Of a stretch of DNA of 64,000 nt, positions 25,663-38,500 are shown one piece after another; position 1 is the first letter of the stretch; every line of letters starts with the position of its first letter. A program made the translations under genes and the position numbers. A model generated the notes under the pieces. That model was not told the origin of the DNA. It saw only the letters and a program-made list of their open reading frames with translations, and ran no database searches. Source of the DNA: Camelus ferus (Eukaryota); assembly GCF_009834535.1 (NCBI RefSeq), contig NC_045727.1, positions 11,284,001-11,348,000 on the forward strand. The letters run 5' to 3'.

Positions 25663-25668
25663 AATAAA
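25663..25668 (+). terminator. MIF polyadenylation signal
   Basis: AATAAA 80 nt after the stop codon. Confidence 0.85.
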
Positions 25669-26576
25669 CGGTGTGGAGACTACGGCTGCCTCGGGCTCCC
25701 TTGGCTTTCAGAGGAATCGGTGCAGGGTCGGGGCAGTCACTAGGAGACCGAGAGGGGTCCGCCCCACCCCAGAATCTGCTGAGAGGGCGCCTTTCGCCTC
25801 GCCTTTCCCGCCCCTAGCAGAAGGCCCAAGGCGCGGGTGGCAGCAGAGGCCGCAGACCCAGGAATCAAACTCGAATCAGGACTCGGGAATCTGTCCTCCT
25901 GTCTGTTTCCTCCCTCCCCACTCTCCCAGAGGCAGGGCCACCACGTGGGCTAGGGCTGGCAGGGAAAAGAGGGAGGTATGGATCAGTGTGTGGACAGGAG
26001 AGAAAGCCCTCCCCTCTCCACCCCAGGGTCACTCTTTGCTAGGCTGGTGCATCAGTGCCTTGCCTTGGAAAATCCTGTTGTTCTGGAACTTTATGACAGT
26101 TTGAGGGGAGAGGGGGGAGTTGCCCAGGAGGCGGAGGTCTTGGTTATTTTGCCCTGTTCACCCCAGTTCCATGTTTGGGCCCCGGCCCCTTCAGGCACAG
26201 CAGTTCCCTGAGGGAGCACCCTGTGGTTTGGGTGTCTTTCAGGTGTGGTACAGGAGCTCTAAATGTCCTCAGGTAGCTAGTTAACCCCACTAGGGCAGTG
26301 ATGGTCCTGATGCCCAGGGTACCATCAAGAACTAAATCAGTGTCAAGGTCCAGTGTGACTGTGCTCCGTGGCCCAGGACCCCTTCCCCAAATGCAGGGGC
26401 TAGCTTCCTTGTACGGGCAGTGATGGGACAGTGGGCAGTCCTCCAGCCACAAAGTGCTGCTTGGCTGGGTCAGTTGCCTTTGGGCTGGAATGCCCCACAA
26501 CCCTGCAGTGTGAGAGCCTCCCTGTCCCCATGCAGTGGCCCCCGCCAAGTGATGCTCAGCCCCTAGTGCTGGGAAT

Positions 26577-29500
26577 TCATGTGCCTGGAGCCAGCACTCC
26601 TTGGCCAGAACCAACACCTGTGTCTTGGCTAAAGTGAGGGGCCAGCTCCACCCTTCCTGCCCTGTGGGAGAAGTCAAGTTCATTCAGCTGCTTGTCCAGA
26701 CAAGGGGCTCCTCTGGCTATGTGAACCCCATTCCTGGGGGCATCACCTCTGGACTCCTGCTGGCCCCACACCACTGAGACCCCTTGTTCTTCCACAGCCC
26801 CTAAGATAGACAAGAACATCCTAGGTGGAGGTGATTTTTTTAAATTCCAGATTTGTGTGAATTTGTCTTTGGAAGCTGAGGGGCTCTGGGGAAAAGGGTT
26901 ACTGTCTGGGCCAGGCCTTGAGCACTTCCCTTCTGTGGCCACCAGCTCCTTCCTTGGGACGGCTGCCAGCTGCCCGGCCCTTGCACCCGCTGTGGCATGG
27001 GTGTGAACTCCCTGCGGGCAGGCCAGGAAGCTTCAGGTGCCCAGCTCGGGCTTGTGGCAGGGGACAAGTCACACTTGCCCTCTGTGGCAACAGAACAGCC
27101 CAGGGCTGCGTAGCCCAGTCTGTGGGCACTTGCACGTAGGTCTACCCCACCTACTTCCATCTCTGGGGCCGCCTGCCAGTGCCAGCTTGCTAAGCGGGAG
27201 GCCTGAGGCCTGTTCTCTTTCAGTCTAGGTCTGGGGGGCACTCTCCTCACGCAGCCCCCAGTCAACTCCCTGGGCAGTGAGGATTTACTTTCAGAAGACC
27301 TGTGGGGATGGTCATGACCTTAGAAAGATGGAGAATCAGCTCAAGGGAGTCTGGAAGCAGTGGCCCACCTTTGAGGGAGGACACTTCTCTTCCACAGAGG
27401 TCTATGTGGGCCTTCCTCCAGCTTACCTCAGTCTCGTTCTGTCCTCAGTGAAAGGACTGGAGCCTCATGTCCATCTCTGCTGGGGGAGGGGGTGGCATGA
27501 CCCTAGCTGCAGCCCTGCTGTGGGCTGGGGCCTCCTTGGGTACCAGCACGTTGGCCCTGGCCTTTGTCACATCCCCTCGGCTCCCCGGCACACTCTGGTT
27601 ACCAGCTCAGCCTCTCCCTGCTCTGGAGCCTGCACCATCCGTTGTCACGAGAGCTGAAGTGTAGTCTCCTTGAGCGTCTTGTCCAGGTCCCTCATTTCCC
27701 AGGTGAGGACACTGTCCTGGGCCTCTGGCTGTGCTGGCACCAGGCCATCCATCTCCCAGCATCCAGCCTCACCATCTGCCCCCACTGGCCCCAACCAGGG
27801 CTCTCACCTTTTGGCTTCACGTAAGAGTCTCTCCAACTGGAGGGGCCCCTGAGGGCTGAGGAGGCAGGAAGTGCAGGCTGGGGGCCTGCTCTGTCCGGGA
27901 GGACGGAGGGGCTCAGGAGAGCAGAGCATGGCACTCTGCCTCCCAGGAATCTGGAAGTGCCTGAGGCCCTGTGGCCAGCTGGGATGTTGCCAAGGTAGTA
28001 GCTCCTTGGAATCCAAGGCAGAGGGGGCATCTGTGGGTTAGGGACACATGTTTTAGGTCCTGCCCACCATGCTCCCAAGTCCCCTGGAGCTGATAAGTGC
28101 CCTGCACACCAAGGACGGCAGCAGCTGCACCCCACTCTCAGCCAGCTCCTAGTCAGCTCCATTTCCTCCAAAGCATGGGCTGCACTGTCCCCCAAGCTGC
28201 CTGTCCCTTCCTCCAACCCCAGTGGCTCCCCCAAGGCCCACAGGGATGTGGTCAGCCTTGGAAATAGCAGCAGAAACATTTCCAAATAACACCTCAAATG
28301 AACGGAGGTGAGGGACAGATGGAAGCCAGGGCCCAGACAGCCACCTGCTCTGCCATCACTCCAGTGGTCATCTGCCAACCAAGACCCCTGGCCTACAGGA
28401 TGACCCGCTGTCTTCAGCCCCACTTTGCACAAGCCCTGCTGCCTCGCACCTCCCTTGCCGGTGCTGTTCCTTCTGCATCGAATGCCTGCCCCAACCTGCC
28501 CACTATAGCCCCATGCTGCAAACTTCTTGGATGCCTTCCCTGTGGCCACCGGTGTGGCAGGGCACTAAGGCCCGCCTCTGCTTCAGCCAAGGCCCTGTGA
28601 GCTTCTCTTGGGTCCTGTGTCCCTCAGCAGCCTCTGATCACCCAGCTCTGTGATCTTTGTGCTGGTGGCCCCCGGGCCACTCGGAGCTGTCCATTCTAGA
28701 GAGCCCAGCAGTGGAGCCTCTACACTGGCCTCCCACCTTGTCCCCTCCAGGCATGCCTTTATGGCAAAGACCCCACTGCCCTCCTCCCCGCCTTGCCTGA
28801 GACCCCTGCCTCAGGGACTGCCCCTGGGAGCCGGATCCAAGGGCCTCTGGGGTCCAGTGCTGCTCTGCTCCCTTCCCGGCCTTTAGTGTTCTCCATCTGT
28901 GAAATGAAGAGATACATCAAATGTCCTTCCTGCGTATTCCCTAAACCACGGAGCTGCCGGGCATCACAGATCACCACCAGGGGAGCTGGAGTGGAGGGCA
29001 GTGGCCTGAGGCCTGTGCTCACATCTTGAGAAGTCAAGGAACCCAGTCCAGCAAGAGGGTGTGGGTGGGTGGCCGGCTCCACTCAGGGGTAGGAGAGGAA
29101 GGAGGAGGGCCCAGAGGGGGCACACGGCCCTGGCAGGGGTGGGTGGGTGGGATGAGGGTAGGGTGAACCACCAATCACAGGAGTGGGCCGGCCAGGCCAT
29201 GGGCCACCCTGCTGCCTCGAGAGCAGTAAATACACATGGCGCAGGGCTGACCCTCAGTTTTCTTGGCGGGGTGTCAGCTGGCCCCGGAGCTCAGGAAGTT
29301 TCCAGTGTTTCTGGGCTGCTGGCATCTTCCTTGACTCCTTGCCCCAGTGGGCGGGCACTAAGGGCCACCCCTAAAACTGTTCTGTAAAGCTCTCTCCTGC
29401 TGCTCAGCCCCTCCTCCCAGATGAGCAGAGCCAGGTCCCTGCCCTCTAGGCCTCCCAGCGAGAATTCCAGAATGGACTTGGAAGATGAGGGGGGAGGGGC

Positions 29501-32500
29501 AGGGTCCGGGAGGGGAGACGCAAAGCAAACCCAGCAGCCATTGGCCCAGATTCCCCTCCTGGTGAAGACAGCACACCTCACTTCTGTGTTTGAAGCACAC
29601 ATAAAAAGATAAAGTTTTCAGAAAATCCAGGAGCAGCGGGGTCTGGACTCTATATATTCTCGTAGGTCTACTGCCCCCTCTGCCCCTGCAAACATCCAGA
29701 TGGGGCTACAAATCCAAAAGCTACAAATGAGTAGTCTCTGCGACAGTATCCCCCTGCGACTTGGTTCCTTGCCTAATTCTGCTCTCGTTTGAATAGGTAA
29801 TAGATTTACGTGGCTCAAATTCAAAGTATTCTGAGGGTCCCCAAAGAGAAGCCCCTCCTGTCTGCAGCTTCCCTCCACGAGGTAACCCCTCAAATCCCTC
29901 CAGAGATTTATGCACATAGAAATATGTAGAACACTCTGCCCTCCCCCAACGTTTTTTTTTTCACAAATGGTAGCATATTCGACACTAGTTTGCACTTTGC
30001 TTTTTTTTTTTTTTAACTTAAAAGTCTGTTAGAGCCTTCCAGTATTTCTCCAGAAGAAAAGCCGACTCCTTGGGGAGCAGGTCTCCCCTTTTGCTCTGAT
30101 ATTTCAGAGGATCACATTCTTGATGATAAAATAAGCCCACTTCCTTGTTCAGAGAGACCTGAAAAGACTCTTTGGGTTTCATTCCTTTTGACTTTTCTTT
30201 AAATCCTGGTGAACAACTAGACTTCAACTCCAGCATCTGGTCAGGAGGGGAAGGGGCAGGGGCAGGGACTGGACTGCTCCAGTGAGCATGTGGCTTCAGG
30301 CGTGAATTCGTACATGTTAGACATTTAAGCCCCATGGTGTCACACCAATACTGTATTTACCAGACCAGCTGGACAAAGATACTTAGAATACATGCAGCAA
30401 GTATCAGTGCAGAAACAGACATTTTTCAGGATAGGATGTGATTTCATAGATACCATACAGAGCATGACTCCATACATGCAGAGAAGAGAAGATGCGGGGC
30501 GGGGGAGGAAACAAGCAAACAGAGAACGTGTTGCCCTGTACCAAGGGACAAATCCAAGATGCCCCAGACTCTACGGAGAAAACTAACACCCTGAGGGTCA
30601 TCAGAGAAGCATGTAAATGGGGAGACCACGCACATCCACGGATGGGAGGCAGTACTGTAACGTTGTCACTTCTCCCCGGTCTGCTTTATGATTCAACACA
30701 GTCCCAACAAGTTCTAACAGATTTTTTGGTGGAATTTGGCAATCAAATTTACAACATTTACATGAGAATCCAAACGGCCAAGAGGAGCCAAAACATCTTC
30801 TTGAAGAAGACAAGGTGGGAGGACTTGCTTTCAAATATCAAGATTTGTTATTGAGCTACGTGGTTCGGCAAAGTGAAATCAGCACCGAGCAGACACCTAC
30901 ACACACGTGACCCCGATGTACCCTCAGGGCAGTGTTGAAATCAGCATGACAGGAAGCATGATTCAGTCAGCAGTGCAGGGCAGCTGGCACCCCATGGGGA
31001 AAAAGAACAAACCCACTCAAAAATCAATTCTCCAAGAATTTAAGAAATAAAGATCATATGAGAGAATATCATCTTAATGATTTCTTAAATGAGGTACAAA
31101 AAACACAAACAACTGAAGAAAAGATGGACACCTTTGATGTTATATTAGTAAGACACCATAAAAAAAGCTCACATCCAGTTTACATCCAGAGAATTAAAAA
31201 AAAAACAAAACCAAAACCTCCTACAAATTGGTAATAGACAACCCAATGGAAAATCAGCAAAGGACTTTATAAGCCACTTCACAAAACAGCACATCCACGT
31301 GGAAAAAGTGTTCAACCTCAGTAGAAATCAGGGAAATGCAGTTAAAGACACAAGATGCTAGTACTGTCCATCACACTGGCTGTAAATTAATATGCCCACT
31401 ATCCCACTCCCAGGTGTATACCCTAAAGAAACCTACATTGGGGAAGAACCCAAATGTCCATCAAGAACAGAATGGATAAATAAATTGTGGTGTATTCACA
31501 GCATGGAACACTACACAGCAGTGAAATGAACAAGCTATTCTATGGGACTAGTACCACCGAGCACCAGTTGCACAGGCATAAAATGTTGAACAAAAGATGC
31601 AAGATTAAAAAAAAAAGGATGCAAGATACAGATAATACAATTTTATTTCTTTAAAGTTCAACTACCAGGGAGCCCAAAACTGTTGTTCAGAGGTCCAGGC
31701 CTTGGCTGTAAAACTGTGATGAAAGCCAGGAAATGATCCCCCTCCTGTCAGGATGGTGGTCCTGACGAGGGGGCTGCAGTGATTTTTCCCCCGCCTCTTC
31801 TTACAAGTGACTGCGTTGTACTTGTTAAACTGTTATGCATTTTTCTGTGTGTATGTTATACCTCTTGGAACAAACAACTACACACACAAACACACACACA
31901 CTCATAGAAGGAAGGAAGACCACCACCATACAGGGGGCTACCCAGCTCCCCCACCCCTCTGAGACCTTGCCCCAACTCTGGCCTGTGACAAAGGTGCCCT
32001 CACTGTGCCCCCCCAGCCCACCCCCAGCCTCCCTGAACCAGAGCCACTGGTGTGCCTGCCGAGGAGGGGTGGGGGGGAGGGGGGCTTCCCTCATCTCCTT
32101 ACATTTCACTGTGAAGTGTTTCTGTCCCTAAAGTGGCCCTCCCACCCCGCTACCCTTGGCCTGCCAGCTGGGCCCTCCTTGGCTGGTTCTGCCGGGTTCT
32201 GCCTGCCCTCTGCACTTGCTATGACTCCCATACTGTGGCAAAGTTCCTGGCATTGGAAGAAAGCAGGCATTTCCAACCCACTGTCCTGCACTCTGGCGTC
32301 AAGCTCTGAGTCCACCAGTGACCCCCTCACCAGGGACCCACGTCAAGTCTGAGGCTCTGGGGATGCCCGTGTGTGCTCGGGGGCTTGGCGGTTCCCCATG
32401 GGATTTGGGTGCTGTGTGCTGGTGCCTAGGTTATGTAAGTGGATTTTAACTAGTGGCTCTTGTGGGAGGCTCCCCAGCGAAGCAAGCAGGGTTGGCGGCG

Positions 32501-35500
32501 AGGGCAGGTCTGTGCAGAGAGCCGCTGCTGGGCCCTTCTCCTGGGTCAGACGGGCACTTTCAACTGCAAAGTCAGCCAGGGCTGGAGGCTCCTGGTGTGA
32601 GTCATGGGCCACATGGAGGCAGTGGCCCACGAGTTCCTGCCAAAACCCCTTCTGCACCTCGCAGTCCATCCGAGGCTGGAGCTGGGAGACAGAGCCTGGC
32701 TCACCTGCAGGAGTTGAGGGGTGGCTAACTGACAACAGTATTCATGGGAGTCAGAGAAGAAGAGTGGAGATAGAACAACCCAAGGAAATTGCGGCACGCC
32801 CAGAAGCTAGCCAGGCCCTACCCAAGACCTGGGCTGGGAGTCTTCTGCCCTGGGCATCAGGCTCCTGTGGGAGGTGCAGAAGGAACCGGAATGGTTTGAA
32901 ACGCATGCCCCAGTCTTATTCCCAGGACAGGAGCAGTGGAAAATAAGAAAGAGGAATGTCTTCAAAAGACTGTGAGGTGGCAAGGGACAGGCTGGGCACA
33001 GATGAAGGGCTCATGAGACCCGGAAGGGAACCAGAGACCAACTCCAGGACCAGCAATGCCCTGGAGGGTGCGGGGGCCGACAGGGCAGAGCATGGGGAAG
33101 CGGCAAGAACTGCGGCAGGGAGCCAGATGGCTCAGAACACTCCTGAGGGCTTGGCCGCTTAAGGAGGCAGACAGGGACTCCGTAAGAACCAGAAGCCATC
33201 CCACAGGCTGGGCAGCTCTCAGAGGCTGGAGGGCCTGGGCAAATCCAAGGACAGAAGATCAGCACCAGACTCTGAGAAGATCTGGGGGCGTGTTTTGGGA
33301 TGGCACAACCACTGTGGGTGGGGGTCAGGGGGACACAGCCCTAAAGTAATGTGTTTTTAAAGGTAATTAGGTTTTAAAGACCTAATTTGGTCTCAAGAAG
33401 GCTCAGCTGAGCCCAGAGCCAGAGTGGCGCTGGCAGAGGGGAGGTGGCTGCTCTTGGGTCTCCTGGGTGGAGACTGTTTCAACAGCGGATGCCAGAATTG
33501 CCTGGTTTTTCTTTCTCTTGCCATGGGAGACCCCAAGAGACAAAATCTAGAGGAATATGTCAGAAAAAGTAATTGTTGGACCAGAAAGCAAAGAGAAAGT
33601 AAAAGCAGGGAAGGCCCTGGAATCCAACAAAAACAGCCAGGCCTCTGTGTGGTGAGGAAAAGGGATGAAACCACGTCAGGAGCCAGCCCAGCACCATCGC
33701 GCAGGGCTCGGCTGCGGGGCGTGGCCCAGCCATCCTGGGGCTGCAGGCAGCTGCCCGGCTGGATGCTCACAGTGGCCACAGACCCTCCCACTAGAAACTA
33801 GGTTGCAGAAACAGCGGCCACTCAAGGCCGGGGCATCCTGAATGGAGGACAGCTGGTGTCCTGGGCACCAACCAGACAGAGCCCTCAGTTCGGGAACCTG
33901 CTCTAGGCAGGATGCACGGACACGGGCGGGGGCCTTGCACTGGGCAGTCCCACACCTGGACACCTGTCCCTAGGCAGGGATCAGCACTGGATTCCCAGAG
34001 GGAAAGAGAAATTATGTGGTTTTGAACATTCTGGAAGAAAGAAGTTATCGTAAATGGGCCCTGATGGCTGGGCTGCCCACAGGGCAGGGGCTGACCATTC
34101 CTGAGAAGGCAGGAGTGGCACAGATGCGCTCAGAGAGGAGAAGGGAGGCAGCAGTTGCTCCCCGCCCCACCGAACATGGTCTCATGGGGCTACCCGACCC
34201 CTCCCCTGGGTCAAACCCGCAGGGTGTGGGGTCTGGGCCCTCACTCTCCCCTGTCCGCTCTCCTCCAAGTTCGCCTGGATCTTGAAGCGGCAGGAAGAGG
34301 AGTCTACACGGGGCTGAGCACTGAGTTCTAAGGATACCCAGCAGCCTGTAGGCTGCCCTAGGAATTGATTTTCCTGGACTCAGTGGGGCTATGGGGCTGT
34401 CACCATCTGGTTAGTCCTAGTAACTCAGCCTGTTAAAAGTGGACAACAGGACAGGCCAGTTCAAATACCGAGGTGTGGAGAGCATCCCGGCAGCGTGGGT
34501 GGCTGGCGGCACGGTCCCTGGAGAGGGAGTTGAGGGCCAGGCTCTGTGAATGCTTTGGGCTTTAATCCTTTGACCTTAAGACTTTCAGTTTTTATTTCTT
34601 TGAGCTTTAGCCTAAAGCTTGATTTGAATTCCACCCTAGAAAAATTCGTGAGAGAGGGTGTTTCTACATTGACTTTTTGATTATCTCTGCAGAACACTGG
34701 AGCCAAATTTGGACCTGGGGGTTGGACCTCATTTGGGATGGGAAAGAGGTGGGAGAGAATTCTGTTTGAGATCCAATGTGCCCTTGGAGTTCAGTGACAC
34801 TGGGTTCTGGCCCATCCCGAGGCCGAGGTGGGGGACCTAAACCACCATGGGCCCCAAAGGGGGAGGGTGGAATGGGGTTACGTCCCCCGCCACCCCAGAA
34901 ACAGTTGAGGGGCCTGGAGGTGGGGGGCGCCTTTCACTCCCACAGAGTCCCACCCCTCTCCCCCTCTGCAGCAAGCGGCAGCGATATCGCTGACCCAAGG
35001 ATTTGGGAAAATAAAGTGGGCAGGTTCCACTCAGCTTCTTTGAGGCTCCTCTGGGGATTGGGCCCACAGTGCCATGTGGGTGCCCAGGGGCGCCCTCGTT
35101 CTAGTTGAGGGTGAAGCAGAGCGAGCCACCCAGGTTGTGCAGGTCTTTCTCCATCGCCCCAGACTCCCAAAGGGTGCTGACCCAGCCTCCTCGCCCCTAC
35201 ACCCGCCTGTGAACCCGACCCTCCCTGGCTTCCTCCTCCTCACTCTCAAAGCTGCACTGCTGACCCTGACCTGCTGCCAGCCTGTCCCCAGAACCTGACA
35301 CCCATGCTCTGCTGGAAATGAATCCCAAACTAGCCTTTCAGATAAGCTTTTGTTTGTTTCTTAAAAGGCCCACTCTGAATGCTTGGGAAGAGGCAGAGCT
35401 GCCTGCTGAGTTAGACCCTTTGCTCCTTGCTGCATGGCCTGGCCCCCAGGGGTCACTGCCCCTGCTCACTTTCCTTCCCTGGACCCTGGCCTCCACGGGT

Positions 35501-38500
35501 CATCCTCCCTGCAGCCACTGGAGTGGCAGCGCCAACAGCAACCCCTCCATTTTCCAGGCTTCTCCAGCGGCCTGGCTAGGCAGGCTCACCAACTGCGCTG
35601 GGAGTTTCTGATGGCTGGGCCGGCGCCCAGGGCCTGGTCTGCACCGCCTGCTCCACCCAGGGTAGGCTCAGCTTTGACTAAAGGCCAGGGCGACTTCTCT
35701 AAACAGGCAGGGCCCCAGCCTGAGTCCAGGGCCTCCAGGCCGACCGTCCCCCTGGGGCCACAAGGACAGGGCTCCAGCTGAGTGGCCTTTCTCAGTTTCT
35801 CAAGAAGACATTGCCTCATGTTATCCTCACAACAACCCTGTCAGGTAGGGGTTGGTGGCCCTACTTGAAAGGGGAAACTGAGGCCCAGAGATGGAAAGGA
35901 GGCAGCCTCCCCTGCAGTCACATAGCAGGTCAGCGGCAGGACCAGCACCCGTCCTCACCCCCACCCTCCCTTCAAGCTCAGCCTTCTCTCTTTTCTCCCA
36001 GTTCTTCTTCTTTTATGCGTTTCCTCTCCCTGACTGATAAGGAGTTTTTATACTTGTGGGCGTCTCAGCAGTTCAGTCCTGGCAAAGGACAGGCAGGTTG
36101 AGGGGAACTGGCCCGGGCTTTGCCAGGGATTCGAGCAGGGATTGCCTCTGCTGGCCCCCACCGCTAGCCTGCTCAGAAATGTACCTGTGGCTCAAAGATC
36201 AGCTTGACCAGCTCTGTGTGTGCAAGAGAAGGCAGGGGTTGCTCAGCTGGGAGAAAGCTGCTGGGGGGCCTAGGACCATCTTCCCATCCAAAGGAGGGCT
36301 TTTGGGGTGGGCACACATGCCGGGAACCTCCCTGCTGTGTGGATGGGAGGGGGAAGAGTGAGGGTGGGTGGGTAGAGATGCTTGCAGGTCAACACAAAAT
36401 TAGGCAGAATTAGAGTGAACCAGTCACCCCTGTGCGCAAAGTCATATGCCATCCCCCCTGGAACTCTCTGGGTGACCATGGGGCCTGGCACAGCTGCAGT
36501 GACCCAGGGCAGAGCTGGATTTAGAGTCAAGACCAATGGAGCTCAAGCTCCAGGGCATCTGACTGCCCTGGAGAGGGTTCCTCGCCATGCTTAGTGTCGT
36601 CAGGTGCTTTTGGAAAATTTGCAGCAGAGGTTTTTACAAGTTGGTGGAAGCCCACTGTCTCTTTCCATTGCAGATTCCTCTGTCACACATCTCCCATGGG
36701 AGTAGCTGTGGGCATTTGGGATGTGGCTAAGGAGGGTGGTAGGGCTGGGGGATCACTAATGTAAGGGTTAAGTGGGATATATTCACTTGCGTTGAAGTCA
36801 CTCCTGTGTCTTCTTAAATTACTATCACTATGTTGGTGCATAAACAGCTCCGGGGGACACGCTTACTGCCAAAGAAAAGGTGGAATCGTCTATTGTCTGT
36901 GGGAAATATTACAAAATCATTGTCACAAAGAAAGGAAATCAGAGTCTACAGTCAAAAAACATGGCAGGAGGGAGTATTTTAAAGATGGTGTGTCCAGCAA
37001 TCATATGTCAGGGTATTTTGCTTGTGTTTGCTATGGTTATGGTACTGGTTTTCAAAATTCTTAATTTCTCAATCTAAATAATCACTTTATATAAAAAGGA
37101 TTACTTATCCTTTGGAGTGTATTGACAGTGACCTGCTTTTCTGCTTTTCTGATCAGTCTCCTTTTCCAACCAGCTCTTCATTCATAACTCAATGCTTCCC
37201 CCAGTGTTTGTGGGTCAGATTCTTATCGGCTATAAAGGGGGCCCCAATGTTCCCCACGGCTCGGTTCTCACACCACCACGTGCTGCTCTTCAGGACTGAA
37301 CATCCCCCTGATGCAGAGACCTAAGAGCATCATTATCTCCAAGTCACACAGGAGAAAACCGGGGCCAAGGTCAATGCTGTGGCTGATGGAAGTGGCAGTG
37401 TTGAAAATGACATGACATGAAGGATGAGGTCAAGGCAACCATGAGGTCAAGACAGCTGCAGCGCTCTGTCCCAAGGCCATTTCAGTTGGTGACAAAACAA
37501 CTGTCTCTAATAGATTCCCAACCAGGGTTCCTCCCCCACAGCAGTGGCCTCCTCCGGAGCCAGAAACGCCTTGGTTTGTGTGGTTTCATTCACAGGCCAT
37601 CTTAGCTCCACTTAAACAGGAAAGCTGAAATGACTTGCCCAAGATCACTCAGCTAGTAAGTGACAGATCCAGGATTCAAATTTGGGTCTCTGGACCCAGA
37701 GCAGGGTCAGAGAGAATAAGGGCAAACAGACTGGCAGCCCGTGGAGCTGTCCCAGCCCTGCTAGCAAATGGCAGTGGCAGGCCTGGCTGGAGAGGTCGGC
37801 TCCAGGCCCTTTCTTCCCTGGTGGCACCCTAACCTACGTGGACTGGGCTTTCTTGGTAACACTTCCCTGCATTTGAGGGCCCCGCACCCTTTAAAAGCAC
37901 TTTCAGTGTCTCATTAGGTCTCTATAAGCACCTCCAGAGCAGGCAGAGCTACAATTATTTTACAGATGACAAAGCAGCCTCAGAAAACTTTTTGGGGCTC
38001 AGTTACCTCCCTATTGGGATGTTCCCTGGTGTGGTCAGCAGTAAGTTGCCCTACAGGTGCAGGGACTGTACACCCAAGGTCATAGCAGGTTCTGTTGGAA
38101 GACCTCCACCAAGGTCCTCCCTGAGGGAGGTGGGCTGGGACCCCAAGGTGCCCTGGCAAAGGATGAACAAAGCATGAACTAGATGTGGGGGGTGGAGTCT
38201 CACATGAAGTTTCCTACTGACAAGGGTTACTGAAAGGGTTCTTGCCCTGACCCCGTAGTCTTTAACACTGGGTCCACTTCACCTAGAAGGCCTGAAATGA
38301 GACTGGGGTGTTTATGACACATACTTCTCTTAAAACCAGTGTCTAGTTCTCACCAGGGTGGGCCCCGTGTGCGCTCTCCCCCTCCTCCAGTTGGCATCAC
38401 AGTCTTGTGTTGCCACTGTCCATCTGTCCCTTCCTCTTTCCCCTCCTTAACCCACAGGTAAGTCTCCCACAAATAGAGGTAGGACTCAGGGTGGTTAAGA

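Noticed and set aside
27692-28549. 285-aa minus-strand ORF, including an LRR-like SLGDSAAHAL
   Set aside because: A single motif-like stretch without repeats; it is better explained as small exons and introns, or as chance.
30404-30601. Protein-looking minus-strand ORF
   Set aside because: It is the antisense of a degenerate L1 ORF2 fragment.
36478-36590. Possible exon 1 of the GST pseudogene (ATG GGG CCT...KTNG)
   Set aside because: Only a few residues align with [16 protein letters not shown]...KNG, and there is no donor at the expected position.
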